Shown here in pieces: positions 41,705 to 51,311 of a stretch of DNA of 64,000 bases (position 1 is its first letter; every line of letters begins with the position of its first letter). Below the pieces are notes generated by a model that saw only the letters and a program-made list of their open reading frames with translations, was not told where the DNA came from and made no database searches. This DNA comes from an uncultured Gemmatimonadales bacterium. GTDB taxonomy: Bacteria > Gemmatimonadota > Gemmatimonadetes > Gemmatimonadales > Gemmatimonadaceae. Position numbers and translations under genes: made by a program. The stretch lies in the NCBI GenBank assembly GCA_963851265.1, contig CAWKNZ010000003.1:128001-192000 (forward strand). Direction: 5' to 3'.

Positions 41705-42559
41705 GTGGCGGCCGACAAGGGTGTGAAGAAGATCGTCATCGTCAAGAAGAAGAAGGGCGGCGGCGGCGGGCACCACGGCGGGTCGTGGAAGGTGGCCTAC
41801 GCCGACTTCGTGACCGCCATGATGGCCTTCTTCATGGTGATGTGGATCCTCGGGATGGACGACAAGGTCAAGCAGGCGGTCGAGGGCTACTTCTCCAACC
41901 CGATCGGCTACAAGAAGGGCTACGGCGCGGGCGCGAGCCCCATCTCGAGCGGGGCGAGTCCGGCGAGGGCGGCCACGCAGCAGGTGCGGATCCTCATGCG
42001 GGGCGCCGAATCGCAGGCGATGGCGAAGACCGCCGCCCAGATCAAGCAGCTCATCGCGGGCGACCCCAGCCTCAAGCAGCTGCACGCGAAGGTCGACGTG
42101 GTCGTGAGCGAGGACGGGCTGCGCATCGAACTCGTGGAGAGCGGCGACGGCGAGACGTTCTTCCCCGTGGGTTCGACGTCGATGAAGCCGGCTACCGTGA
42201 TCGCCCTGCGCCTGATCACCCCGGCCGTCGAGGCGCTCGGCAACCCGGTCGTGATCGAGGGGCACACCGACGCCGCGACGTACGGGGCCGGGGCGCAGTA
42301 CAACAACTGGGACCTCTCGGCCGAGCGCGCCAACGCCGCACGCCGCGTGCTCGAGGCCTCGGGCCTCCCCTCGGAACGGATCGACGAGGTGCGCGGGATG
42401 GCGGACCGCCGGCCGCGCGTGCCGGACGACCCGTACGCGGCGGCCAACCGGCGCATCAGCATCCTGCTCCCGTACCGCAGCCAATCCCCGGGCCCCGACG
42501 GTGCCGGGGCCGGGAAGTTGGCGACGCTGCCCGTGCGGGGCGCGCCGGCGCGCGACTAA
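41705..42559 (+). CDS. motB: Flagellar stator protein MotB
   Basis: WKVAYADFVTAMMAFF, IEGHTD, NWDLSAERA, NRRI. Confidence 0.96.
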   Translation: MAADKGVKKIVIVKKKKGGGGGHHGGSWKVAYADFVTAMMAFFMVMWILGMDDKVKQAVEGYFSNPIGYKKGYGAGASPISSGASPARAATQQVRILMRGAESQAMAKTAAQIKQLIAGDPSLKQLHAKVDVVVSEDGLRIELVESGDGETFFPVGSTSMKPATVIALRLITPAVEALGNPVVIEGHTDAATYGAGAQYNNWDLSAERANAARRVLEASGLPSERIDEVRGMADRRPRVPDDPYAAANRRISILLPYRSQSPGPDGAGAGKLATLPVRGAPARD

Positions 42560-42984
42560 CGCTCGGCGGCCTCGCCGTCGGAGTGGTCGAGCGCGTGATC
42601 GGCCGCGGGCTCGGCCGCGCCGCCCGCGGCGGTCCCGCCCCGCGCTTCGGCGAGTAGCGCGTCGGACAGCTGCCGCATGGCGTCGGCGTGCGCCGCGAGG
42701 AAGGTGGCGAGGCGGGCACGCACGGGCGCCGGCATGCGCCGGGTGCCGAGGCGGTACGCCTCGAGCGTCGCGCGGGGGACGCCGAGCACGTCGGCCATGC
42801 GCGTGATCGTGAGGCGAGGGACGTCCAGCGCGGCATGTACCTGCGCGTCGCGGGGGTCGGGGCGGCGGCGTCCCATCTGGGCCACGGGCTCGGCGTACGT
42901 TGGGCGGACCACCGGCATCTCGGTGCGCGCCGGCGCGCCGGCGTGATCGGTGGCGTGGTTCGGGGTGAACACGAAGGGGATCAC
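42556..42984 (-). CDS. Small XRE-like helix-turn-helix protein
   Basis: LTITRMADVLGVPRATLEAYRLGTRRMP; start uncertain (42984 or 42918). Confidence 0.65.
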   Translation of the reverse strand: MIPFVFTPNHATDHAGAPARTEMPVVRPTYAEPVAQMGRRRPDPRDAQVHAALDVPRLTITRMADVLGVPRATLEAYRLGTRRMPAPVRARLATFLAAHADAMRQLSDALLAEARGGTAAGGAAEPAADHALDHSDGEAAER

Positions 42985-43340
42985 GTGGTCACCCCGCGAG
43001 GTCGGTGCGGGACGTACGGCGGGCGGTCGATCGGCGGGCGGGCATCGGGCGGCTCGGGTGCGTGGTGTTAGGCGGTGGACGGCGGGGCGGCTCGCGCCAC
43101 GCCGCCGGCGGGACGGCCTCACACAAGGCAGCGGTCGGGCCGCCCGGCGCGGCGCGCCGGCGCGGCGGGCATTCACGCCGTAAGTACATCGCCAGCAACG
43201 CTTTACGTTGCCGAAGCATAGAACGGCTCGCCGATGCGGGCGCGCGCCGAAGCCCGACCTGTTGCGGCGCTGCTACGCTTCTCGCAACACCGACGCTACT
43301 GGCGTCCTACGACACCCGCGGCGGGCGGAGGCGTCGGGCG

Positions 43341-43375
43341 AAACGCGAAACGGACGGCGGGAATCCGCCGTCCGT
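43341..43375 (-). terminator. Intrinsic terminator of the pilin operon
   Basis: 11-bp stem ACGGACGGCGG/CCGCCGTCCGT with 4-nt loop, U-rich tail on the minus strand. Confidence 0.65.
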
Positions 43376-43435
43376 CCTGCGTTAGTCTTGCCCTTCGACG
43401 CGCCGTCGATACGCCTGCGGACGGCACGCCGGCGG

Positions 43436-45418
43436 TCAGTACGCCTGCAGCGAGTTGAACAGCTGCACCGGGTTGAACCGCGATGGGTCGCTCTCGTAGT
43501 AGCGGTTGAGCAGGTAGCGGCCCGTCGTCGGGAAGTACGGCGGCGAAGACACGAGCATGCACTGGTCGACCTCGCGGTTCTCCGCGAAGCCGGTCGCGTT
43601 GCCGGTCCACGTGGCGGAAATCGACTGCTCGATCACGCCGCCGACTTGCGCGATGCAGCCGCCCGACGTCGGCTGCCCCATGCAGTCGCCGGCCGCCACG
43701 CGCGGCCCGGTCAGCGGGTTCACCACGCCCACCGTGCCCGTGAGCGACATCAGCACGCCGTTGAGCCGGAAGTTCGGCCCGGTGCCCGACATGAAGCGGA
43801 CCTGGTTGGTGTCGTACGCCGCCGGGGGCTGGTTGTAGAGGATTTTCTGCGGCCGGTTCAGCGCGTTGTCCTCGATCATGATGTCGTTGACGGCGATCAT
43901 GCCGAGCATGTTCAGCGCGTCCGCGTTGCAATCGGTGCCTGGGGTGTTGGGCGGGACGACGTACACGAGGTCGTCGAGGAAGGTGAGATACCCGGAGGAG
44001 TAGAGGGTCACGCGCGAGCGGAGCAGCCCCGACACGTAGGCGTTGCCGTTCACGTAGACGATCCCCTTCCAACCGGAGTTCATCTGCTTGCCGAGCGGGA
44101 AGAGCCACTTCGCCTGGCCGTTGCGCTTGCTCGCGGTGAGGGCCGGGTTCACCGCGCCGGGCCAGGCGAGCCAGGTCCCCCACCGGCCGTTCGGCGTGAA
44201 CGTGGTGTCCGATCCGCCCTTGTAGCCGTCCTGCGCCGTCCAGTTGTTGCCCGACGGGCTGCGCTTGGTCACGTCGCGCTCGACGGCGGCCAGCTGCGGC
44301 GAGCCCGCCGGGAAGCAGCGGGCGCTCGGGTTCCGCATCACGGCGTCGTGCTCGGATTGCGACGGCGACCCCGGCGTGTTGTTGCTCGGCGTCGTGATCA
44401 TGTCGCTCGTCGTGCCGATGGAGTCCTTCATCCACTTCATCTTGTGGACGATGACCGGGTAGAACTTGCCGCCGTGGAAGTCGCCGCACAGGCTGTCGCT
44501 CCAGGCCGGCGGCGCGCTGGTCCCGCCCCAGCTCGGGAGCACGAGGCGGTCCCGGTAGGTGCTCCCCGCGTAAGTCTGAAACGCGCGCACGAAGCCCTCG
44601 TTCAGGCCCACGGAGTCGCCGTTGGCGTCGATGTCGGCGGCGACGAACTCGAGCCGGAGCGTCGTGTTGGGCGCCGGCGTGAAGCTCAGGCTGGCCGCGG
44701 CCGCGTAGCCCGGCATGAACGCGAGGCGCGACACCGTCGGCATCGGGATCGCGGCCTGGTTGGGCTTCACGGCGCCGACGCCCTTCACGTACGTCGGCGT
44801 GCCGCCCTGCGTGGTGATCGCGCCGACGGCTCCGACGGTGTCGTAGTACGTCGGCGTGCCCACGGAGGCCCAGGTCTGATTACTCCACGCCAGCCCGCGG
44901 ATGAACTCGCCCGTGCCGTAGGCGAGGCCGTTCGGCCACGTGTTGGTGAACATCGCGAAGCGCGCGAAGTTCTCCGCGGCGAGTTCGAGGCGCCGGACGT
45001 AGCGCGTGTTGTTGCCGTCGTCCGCGCGCGCGACCACGGTCACGAACTGCCCGTACTGCCCGGTCGTGATGCCCGACTTGCCGATGTAGAGCGTCACTCC
45101 GGTGCGCGGGAGCGCGACGCCGCTCGCGTTGTAGATGGGCGCGCGCGCCACGGTGACGAAGCCGCTGTCGGGGAGCCGCAGCGTGGTGTCGCGCTGAACG
45201 CGGCTCCGGCCGATCGCGAGCCCGGCCTCGGCGGCGTACCGGAAATCGCGCTCGCGCTCGTAGTACTTACCGACCAACGTCGTCGTGCGCGTGAGCGCGA
45301 CCGCCGACGCCGCGATCGCCCCGAGCGCGACGGTGACGAACAACACGAGGAGCAGGGCGCCGCCGCGGCGGCACGTGGCGAACGACGAACGACGGGCGAC
45401 GGGCGACGGCGGGCGCAT
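43436..45418 (-). CDS. Large PilX-like minor pilin
   Basis: RRG|GALLLVLFV (no Glu5), YAAEAGL; long beta-rich, Cys-containing C-terminal region. Confidence 0.8.
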   Translation of the reverse strand: MRPPSPVARRSSFATCRRGGALLLVLFVTVALGAIAASAVALTRTTTLVGKYYERERDFRYAAEAGLAIGRSRVQRDTTLRLPDSGFVTVARAPIYNASGVALPRTGVTLYIGKSGITTGQYGQFVTVVARADDGNNTRYVRRLELAAENFARFAMFTNTWPNGLAYGTGEFIRGLAWSNQTWASVGTPTYYDTVGAVGAITTQGGTPTYVKGVGAVKPNQAAIPMPTVSRLAFMPGYAAAASLSFTPAPNTTLRLEFVAADIDANGDSVGLNEGFVRAFQTYAGSTYRDRLVLPSWGGTSAPPAWSDSLCGDFHGGKFYPVIVHKMKWMKDSIGTTSDMITTPSNNTPGSPSQSEHDAVMRNPSARCFPAGSPQLAAVERDVTKRSPSGNNWTAQDGYKGGSDTTFTPNGRWGTWLAWPGAVNPALTASKRNGQAKWLFPLGKQMNSGWKGIVYVNGNAYVSGLLRSRVTLYSSGYLTFLDDLVYVVPPNTPGTDCNADALNMLGMIAVNDIMIEDNALNRPQKILYNQPPAAYDTNQVRFMSGTGPNFRLNGVLMSLTGTVGVVNPLTGPRVAAGDCMGQPTSGGCIAQVGGVIEQSISATWTGNATGFAENREVDQCMLVSSPPYFPTTGRYLLNRYYESDPSRFNPVQLFNSLQAY

Positions 45419-45441
45419 GGCGGCGGGCGGCGGGGCGGCAG

Positions 45442-46671
45442 TCAGGGGACGACGGGGATCTGCAGCGGCATCGTCGGCCACATCGTCGCGACCTGTGGCT
45501 GGCAGTCCTGCGCGACGACGGCGTAGATGAACGTGTTGGTGCTCGACGACGTCTGGGTGGCGAGCGGGGCGCGCTTCACGTCGTAGTCGACGTACGTGTA
45601 GACCTGCCCCGCGCGCCCGGCTGCGGGCACGTCGGCGATCGGGTTCGTGTACGGGGCGCCGTTGATCGACCGGTAGATGAGGTAGCGGTCGACGTCGCGC
45701 TCGCCCGCGCCGTCGTCGGTGACGGCAGTCCAGATCACCGTCACGTGGTCGGGGTTCCCGCTGTTCGACGCGAGGGCGGCGGCCGCCGGCGACGGGTCGG
45801 GCGCGGTGCCGCACGAGTTGCGGCGGAGCGCCGTCACGTTGATGAGCGCCGTACTCGCGCTGGCCGTGCGTTGGCCGAGCGCGCCGCCCCGCCGCGGGTC
45901 ACGGTACTGCCCCGCCGCGTTCACCACCACGACGCGCACCCGGTCCACCTGGGACGCGATGCGCCCGGTTTCGCCGGTGTCGGCCGGGGACCCGTGGGTG
46001 GCGGCGAGGTGCCGCAGGGGGAACGCGCTCGCGGGGACGGTGTCGAGTGCCGCCGTCGTGTCCTTGACCCAGACGTACTTGAAAAAGGGGTCGCCCGGCC
46101 TGATGTAGAGGCCGGTCGTGACGACGACCGGCGCGAGGCGGTTGACCTGGCGGAACAGCACGTATTCGTTAGGCCGCGGGCTGGACGAGTCCCGGCTCAC
46201 CCAGTACGACACGGTTTCGGCGAACGCGGGGCTGCCGTCGGAGAGGACGAAGGGCACCTGCGGGTAGCTCCCGAGCGCGCGCGGGAGCGTCACCGCCGGC
46301 GGCTGCAGCGCGACGGCCGCCGTGCTGTCGACGCTCGGGTCGTAGGTGATGGCCCAGATGTCGAGCGAGTCCTTCGCGTTGACGAGGTCGGCGTTGAAGG
46401 TGATCGCGTACGGGTCGGCCGCGACGAGCATCGGCTGCGTCGACAACGTGCCGGTGCCGATCATGCGGAGCTCGCGTTCGAGCGTCGTGATCGCGAATCG
46501 CGCGTTCTGCCCGGCGTCGCCCCGCGCCGCCGCGGCCGCGATCACCTTGGGCTGCCCGGTGACGAACGGCAGTGCGGCGCCGACGACGACCGCCGTGAGC
46601 ACGGCGGCGACGAGCAGTTCGGCGAGCGTGAAGCCGGGGCGCGCGCGCCGCGGGTGCGTGGGTGAGCGCAT
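45442..46671 (-). CDS. PilW-like minor pilin with C-terminal FN3-like domain
   Basis: RPG|FTLAELLV, LERELRMIG, C-terminal VTVIW..YLIYRS..YIYAVVA-type pattern. Confidence 0.8.
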   Translation of the reverse strand: MRSPTHPRRARPGFTLAELLVAAVLTAVVVGAALPFVTGQPKVIAAAAARGDAGQNARFAITTLERELRMIGTGTLSTQPMLVAADPYAITFNADLVNAKDSLDIWAITYDPSVDSTAAVALQPPAVTLPRALGSYPQVPFVLSDGSPAFAETVSYWVSRDSSSPRPNEYVLFRQVNRLAPVVVTTGLYIRPGDPFFKYVWVKDTTAALDTVPASAFPLRHLAATHGSPADTGETGRIASQVDRVRVVVVNAAGQYRDPRRGGALGQRTASASTALINVTALRRNSCGTAPDPSPAAAALASNSGNPDHVTVIWTAVTDDGAGERDVDRYLIYRSINGAPYTNPIADVPAAGRAGQVYTYVDYDVKRAPLATQTSSSTNTFIYAVVAQDCQPQVATMWPTMPLQIPVVP

Positions 46672-46673
46672 GG

Positions 46674-47090
46674 TCAAAAGGCGGCGATTGCGGTCGTCTT
46701 GCTCACGGACGTCGCGAGCGCCGAGTTCGTGACGGTGACGGTCACGGTCTTGTAGTCGACCGTCGAGGTGCTGGTGTGCAGGACGACGGTGCGACGCGTG
46801 AAGTGCGGCGCGTTGGCGATGGTGGGCTCGGTTCCGGCGAGCGCGTCGATGGCCGCGTAGCTCGTCGCCGACTTGGCCGACTCGACGCGCTGCACGGCGA
46901 GATCGCTGGCCGACGCGCGGAGCGCGGCGCTATTGGACGCGCGCACGAAGTTGCGCGTGAAGACGGCGAACCCGAGGAGCACCGCGCCGATCATCGCGAT
47001 GGCGAAGATCACCTCGACGAGGGTGAACCCGGCGCGCCCGCGGCCGCGCCCGCGGATCCGGCCCGCACGCGGCGACCCGGGCGACGTCAC
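46674..47090 (-). CDS. PilV-like minor pilin
   Basis: RAG|FTLVEVIFAI prepilin motif; KTVTVTV. Confidence 0.82.
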   Translation of the reverse strand: MTSPGSPRAGRIRGRGRGRAGFTLVEVIFAIAMIGAVLLGFAVFTRNFVRASNSAALRASASDLAVQRVESAKSATSYAAIDALAGTEPTIANAPHFTRRTVVLHTSTSTVDYKTVTVTVTNSALATSVSKTTAIAAF

Positions 47091-47779
47091 AGGCTCCTCC
47101 GCACCCACGCCGCGGCCGCCGCGTTGCGCGCCCACCACGTGACGCGCCCGGTGCCGCGCGCGACGGTGATCGCGCGCCACTGGGTCGTCGCGCCGCGGAC
47201 GACGCGCACGTAGATCTCGACGTTGTCGCTCGCCGCGCCGTCGCGCCGGAACGCCACGCTCGGCAGCCCGTCGGTGAGCGCCGGGGAGGTGTTGAAGCTG
47301 ACGAGTGAGGAGACGACGGCGCCGTTCACCCCGGTGGGCGGCCTGCCGAACTTGGCCGCGGGGGTGTCGACCGGCCTCCAGGTGACGCGCTCCGAATCGG
47401 CGACGCCGGCGTCGTACCGCAGGTTGCCGTTACGGTCCTCGAGGACGCGCATCCGGGCCCGCGTCGTGTCGAAGCCGACGACGACGGTCGACTGTTCGGT
47501 CACCGCGAGGCGCTCGGCGGTCTGCAGCGCGCCCGCGATCACGCGGGCGGCGGCGTCGGCGTCGTAGGCGGCCCGGTTCACGCGCGGCGTGACGGCGGCG
47601 AGCGCGACGGCCATGATCACGAGCGTGACGAACAGCTCAATGATCGAGTAGCCCGCACGCGCCCTGGGGCGCGGCGGGAGGGGTGCCGCCGCGGGCGCGG
47701 CAGCGAGGGCGGAGTCTGGCACGACGGCAGGGGGCGGACGGGTCCGCACCCGGGACGAGCGACGCGGCCGCCGCGTCAC
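47087..47779 (-). CDS. FimT/GspH-like minor pilin
   Basis: RAG|YSIIELFV, LQTAERLAV, VAFRRDG, ITVARGTGRV; start uncertain. Confidence 0.8.
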   Translation of the reverse strand: MTRRPRRSSRVRTRPPPAVVPDSALAAAPAAAPLPPRPRARAGYSIIELFVTLVIMAVALAAVTPRVNRAAYDADAAARVIAGALQTAERLAVTEQSTVVVGFDTTRARMRVLEDRNGNLRYDAGVADSERVTWRPVDTPAAKFGRPPTGVNGAVVSSLVSFNTSPALTDGLPSVAFRRDGAASDNVEIYVRVVRGATTQWRAITVARGTGRVTWWARNAAAAAWVRRSL

Positions 47780-47800
47780 GCGCCTGCGACGGCGCCCGCG

Positions 47801-48949
47801 CTACTCTCGCAGAAACGCCCCCAGCGGCGCGAGCGACGGCACGTGCTCGGCCAACACGTTGAGCGCCGCGGCCGCCGGCACGGCGAGGAAGACGCCGGCG
47901 ACCCCCCAGAGCGCGTATCCCGCGAGCACGGCCACGAGGATCGCGAACGGGTTCAGGCTCAGGCGCCGCCCGTACGCAATGGGGCTGACGAAGCTGTTCT
48001 GGAGGGTGCTGACGAGCAGGTACGTCGCGGGCGGCGCGAGCGCCGCGGCAACCGAGCCGGTCGACGCGAGGCCGACGACCGTGAGGCCGGCGACCATCAC
48101 CGCCGCGCCGAGGTACGGCAGCGTCTCGAGGAACACGGTCGCGAGGCCCCACAGGATCGGGCTCGGCACGTGCAGCGCCCAGAGGGCGAGCGCGACGACC
48201 GTTCCCTGCGCGGAGCTGATGAGCAGGAGCGTACCGAGGTAGCGCGCGACGTGCGCCTCGGAGGCGCGGACGACCTCGACGGCCGTACGCTTGGCGTTCG
48301 GGTCGTTCAGGCCGCCGACGAGGCGCCGCAAGAAACGGTCGTCGCCTGCCAGCAAGAAGTAGAGCAGGAGCAGCACCTCCGCCGCGCTCGCCAGCAGGCC
48401 GGCCGTCGTCCCGAACAGGTGCTGGATGGCCGTGCCGAGCGCGTTGGGTGGGACGCCGGGGATGGCGCCGGCCGCGGACCCGGTGCCCGCAGCGCCGCCG
48501 GCCGCCTGCGCCTCAGTCGCGCGGCGGCCCCGCGTGCGCGGGCCGGACCCGTCCACGGCCTGGGTCATGCGCTGCAGCGGGCGCCGGAGGTCGTCGAGGC
48601 GCGTGCGCGCCTTCGTCAGCAGCTGCGGCATCTCGGTGACGAGGTCGCGCGCGGGCTGCTCGAGCGCGATGCCGGCAGCGCCTAACGTCCCCAGGAGGGC
48701 GAGCATGACGACGGCCGCGCCGACGGGCACCGGGAGGCGGAGGTGGTCGCGCAGCCAGCGCACCACGGGGCGGAGCACGGACGCGAACGCGGCCGCGAGG
48801 CCGAGCGGGACGAACACGTCGCGCCCGGCCCAGAGCGCCCCTACGGCGGCCACCGCCGCGATGACCCCGACGCTGACAGTTCGGACGGCGTCGGGGGACC
48901 ACGCGCGGGAGAGTACGTGCGTCGGGGACTGCGGTTCGTCAGAGGTCAT
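47801..48949 (-). CDS. AI-2E family transporter
   Basis: Multi-TM; LPYLG, LSLNPFAIL, WGVAGVFLAVP. Confidence 0.9.
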   Translation of the reverse strand: MTSDEPQSPTHVLSRAWSPDAVRTVSVGVIAAVAAVGALWAGRDVFVPLGLAAAFASVLRPVVRWLRDHLRLPVPVGAAVVMLALLGTLGAAGIALEQPARDLVTEMPQLLTKARTRLDDLRRPLQRMTQAVDGSGPRTRGRRATEAQAAGGAAGTGSAAGAIPGVPPNALGTAIQHLFGTTAGLLASAAEVLLLLYFLLAGDDRFLRRLVGGLNDPNAKRTAVEVVRASEAHVARYLGTLLLISSAQGTVVALALWALHVPSPILWGLATVFLETLPYLGAAVMVAGLTVVGLASTGSVAAALAPPATYLLVSTLQNSFVSPIAYGRRLSLNPFAILVAVLAGYALWGVAGVFLAVPAAAALNVLAEHVPSLAPLGAFLRE

Positions 48950-49000
48950 GGGTGCGCCGACGGCATGGTGCGTACCGCGTCGGTGCCCGCCGTGCACACC

Positions 49001-50365
49001 TCAGGCAGCGGTGGCGAGCCGGTCGCGCGCCCACCCGAGCGCTTCGGTGTAGTCGGCGCTGACCGCCTGGGCGGCGATGCCGATCGCGGCGGACGCGTCG
49101 GCGACCGCGTCCCAATCGCCGCGCTCCTGCGCCTCGACGAGGGCGAGGGTGGCCGCGTACGGGCCGGAGCGGGTGAGCAGGGCCGCCTTGACGTCGCTGG
49201 CGATCGACATGCGCGAGAGTACGCCGTCCATGGGCATGCGGAGCAGCACGTCGAGCAGCGAAAAGAGACCGGTGAGGAAGAGCGGTCCGGTGGCGACCAT
49301 GCCCGGACGCAGCCCGCGCGCCTGCGCCCCGCGTTCGCCGATGAGCTCGGACAGCCGCCCGCGCGCGAGTGCGGCGAGCACGAGCTCGCGCGAGATGCCG
49401 CTGCGCGCGGCCATGCTCGACACGAAGAGCAGGGTGAGCCAACGGTGCAGCGGCTTGCGCCCGACCATGCGCAGCGCGAACCCGATCGACGACACCTCGC
49501 GCCCGGAGAACGCCGCCGAGTTGGCGATGCGGAGCAGCTTGTACGAGAGCGACGGGTCGCCCTTGAACGCCTGCTCGATGTCGGCGTCGGCGGTGGCGGG
49601 CTCGTCGACGAGGTTCATGAGCCGCACCAGCGTGGAATGCTCGACGCCGAGCTCGCGGTGCGAGACGATCTGCGGGCGGCTGTAGAAGTAGCCCTGGAAC
49701 AGCGTGTAGCCCAGGCGGCGGCAGACGTCGCGGACCTCCGACGTCTCGACGCGCTCGGCGAGGAGGCGGACGCCGTACGGGCGCAGCTCGTCGGCGGCGC
49801 GTTTGAGCTCCGCCTCGCTCTGGCCGAGCACGTCGATCTTGACGACGCTGGCGAGCTTCAGCAGCGGCTCGTAGCCGGGACGGTTGACGAAGTCGTCGAG
49901 GGCAAGCGAGTAGCCCTGCGAGACGAGGCGCTCGCACGCGCGCACCACCTCCTCGTCCGGCTCGACGGTTTCGAGCAGCTCGATCATGACCGTGCTCGGC
50001 TCGAACAGTTCGTACAGGCGGCCGAGGAGGAAGTCGCGCGTCAGGTTCACGAACGCGAGCGTCCCGCCGGTGAGCGGCCCGATGCCGATCGTCATCAGGG
50101 TGTGCAGCACCGTGTCGGTGCACATCTGGTCGATCGACGCACCGTACGCGGCGGTCGCCGTCGCGCCGCTCCGGTACAGGAGTTCGTACGCGAAGAGGCG
50201 ATCGCTCTCGTCGAAGATCGGCTGGCGTCCCACGAACACGTCGTGGATGCCGCCCACGCCCGCCGCGGCCGCAGCCGGGTCGAACGACGGCGGCGGAGGC
50301 GTTGGCGTCGTTGGAACCGGAGACGGGAGTGCGACGGGCGCGGCGCGGCGGAACAGGGTGCGCAT
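49001..50365 (-). CDS. EAL-HDOD domain protein (PdeH/YuxH-like)
   Basis: VGRQPI..YELLYR, LALDDF, LLAERVET, FQGYFYSRP, DPSLSYKLLRIANS, GLFSLLD. Confidence 0.9.
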   Translation of the reverse strand: MRTLFRRAAPVALPSPVPTTPTPPPPSFDPAAAAAGVGGIHDVFVGRQPIFDESDRLFAYELLYRSGATATAAYGASIDQMCTDTVLHTLMTIGIGPLTGGTLAFVNLTRDFLLGRLYELFEPSTVMIELLETVEPDEEVVRACERLVSQGYSLALDDFVNRPGYEPLLKLASVVKIDVLGQSEAELKRAADELRPYGVRLLAERVETSEVRDVCRRLGYTLFQGYFYSRPQIVSHRELGVEHSTLVRLMNLVDEPATADADIEQAFKGDPSLSYKLLRIANSAAFSGREVSSIGFALRMVGRKPLHRWLTLLFVSSMAARSGISRELVLAALARGRLSELIGERGAQARGLRPGMVATGPLFLTGLFSLLDVLLRMPMDGVLSRMSIASDVKAALLTRSGPYAATLALVEAQERGDWDAVADASAAIGIAAQAVSADYTEALGWARDRLATAA

Positions 50366-50564
50366 GGGCGCGGGGTGCGGGCGGGAGGGGGAAGCAACGG
50401 GGGGACGACCGAGGGAGGGCAAGGGCACGGCGGGTGGCGCGTGAGATCGGCCGCGGTCCGAATGCCCGCGGTGGGCCGCCGTGCCCTCGGCGGTCGCCGC
50501 CGCACTCCGCGCGGCGGCCATCGCGGGCGTGGGCCGTTACGTTTTCGGGGTGACGCCCGACCTC

Positions 50565-51311
50565 ATGCTCGAGCTCCGCGACGTGCGGAAGCGTTACGAC
50601 GGCCAACTCGCCCTCCGGGGGGTCTCGTTCGCCGTCGCGGCCGGAGAGATCGTCGGACTCGTTGGGCCGAACGGCGCGGGGAAGACGACGACGCTGCGCT
50701 GCACGGCGGGGATCCTCACGCCGAGCGCGGGGAGCGTGCGCGTCGCCGGCGTGGACGTGGCGCGCGACCCCGTCGCGGCCAAGCGCGCGCTCGCCTTCGT
50801 GCCCGACGAGCCGCACCTGTTCGACTATCTGACGGTGGAGGAGCACCTGCGGTTCGTGGCGCGGCTGTACGGCGTGCGCGACGCGGCGGTCCGCGGGCCC
50901 GCGCTGCTCGGCGAGTTGGAGCTGGCGGACAAACGGCGCGCGCTGCCGAGCGAACTGTCGCGGGGGATGCGGCAGAAGCTGGCGATCGCGTGCGCCCTCC
51001 TGCACGACCCGCGGCTGCTGCTGCTGGACGAGCCGTTGACGGGGCTGGACCCGTCGGGGATGCGGCGGATGAAGGCGACGATCGCGGCGCGCGCGGGCGC
51101 GGGCGCGGCGGTGGTGCTCTCGTCGCACCTGCTGCACCTGGTCGAGGAGCTGTGCACGCGCGTGGTCGTGCTGCACCGCGGGGCGGTGGCCGCGCAGGGC
51201 GCGATCACCGACATCGTCGCGCAACGCCCGGAGTTCGCGGGGCAGTCGCTCGAGGAGATCTTCGAGGCGCTGACGGCCGGACGCGAGCCGGACGAGGCCG
51301 GGGTGGTGTGA
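50565..51311 (+). CDS. ABC transporter ATP-binding protein
   Basis: GPNGAGKTT, LSRGMRQ, LLLDEP, SSH. Confidence 0.95.
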   Translation: MLELRDVRKRYDGQLALRGVSFAVAAGEIVGLVGPNGAGKTTTLRCTAGILTPSAGSVRVAGVDVARDPVAAKRALAFVPDEPHLFDYLTVEEHLRFVARLYGVRDAAVRGPALLGELELADKRRALPSELSRGMRQKLAIACALLHDPRLLLLDEPLTGLDPSGMRRMKATIAARAGAGAAVVLSSHLLHLVEELCTRVVVLHRGAVAAQGAITDIVAQRPEFAGQSLEEIFEALTAGREPDEAGVV

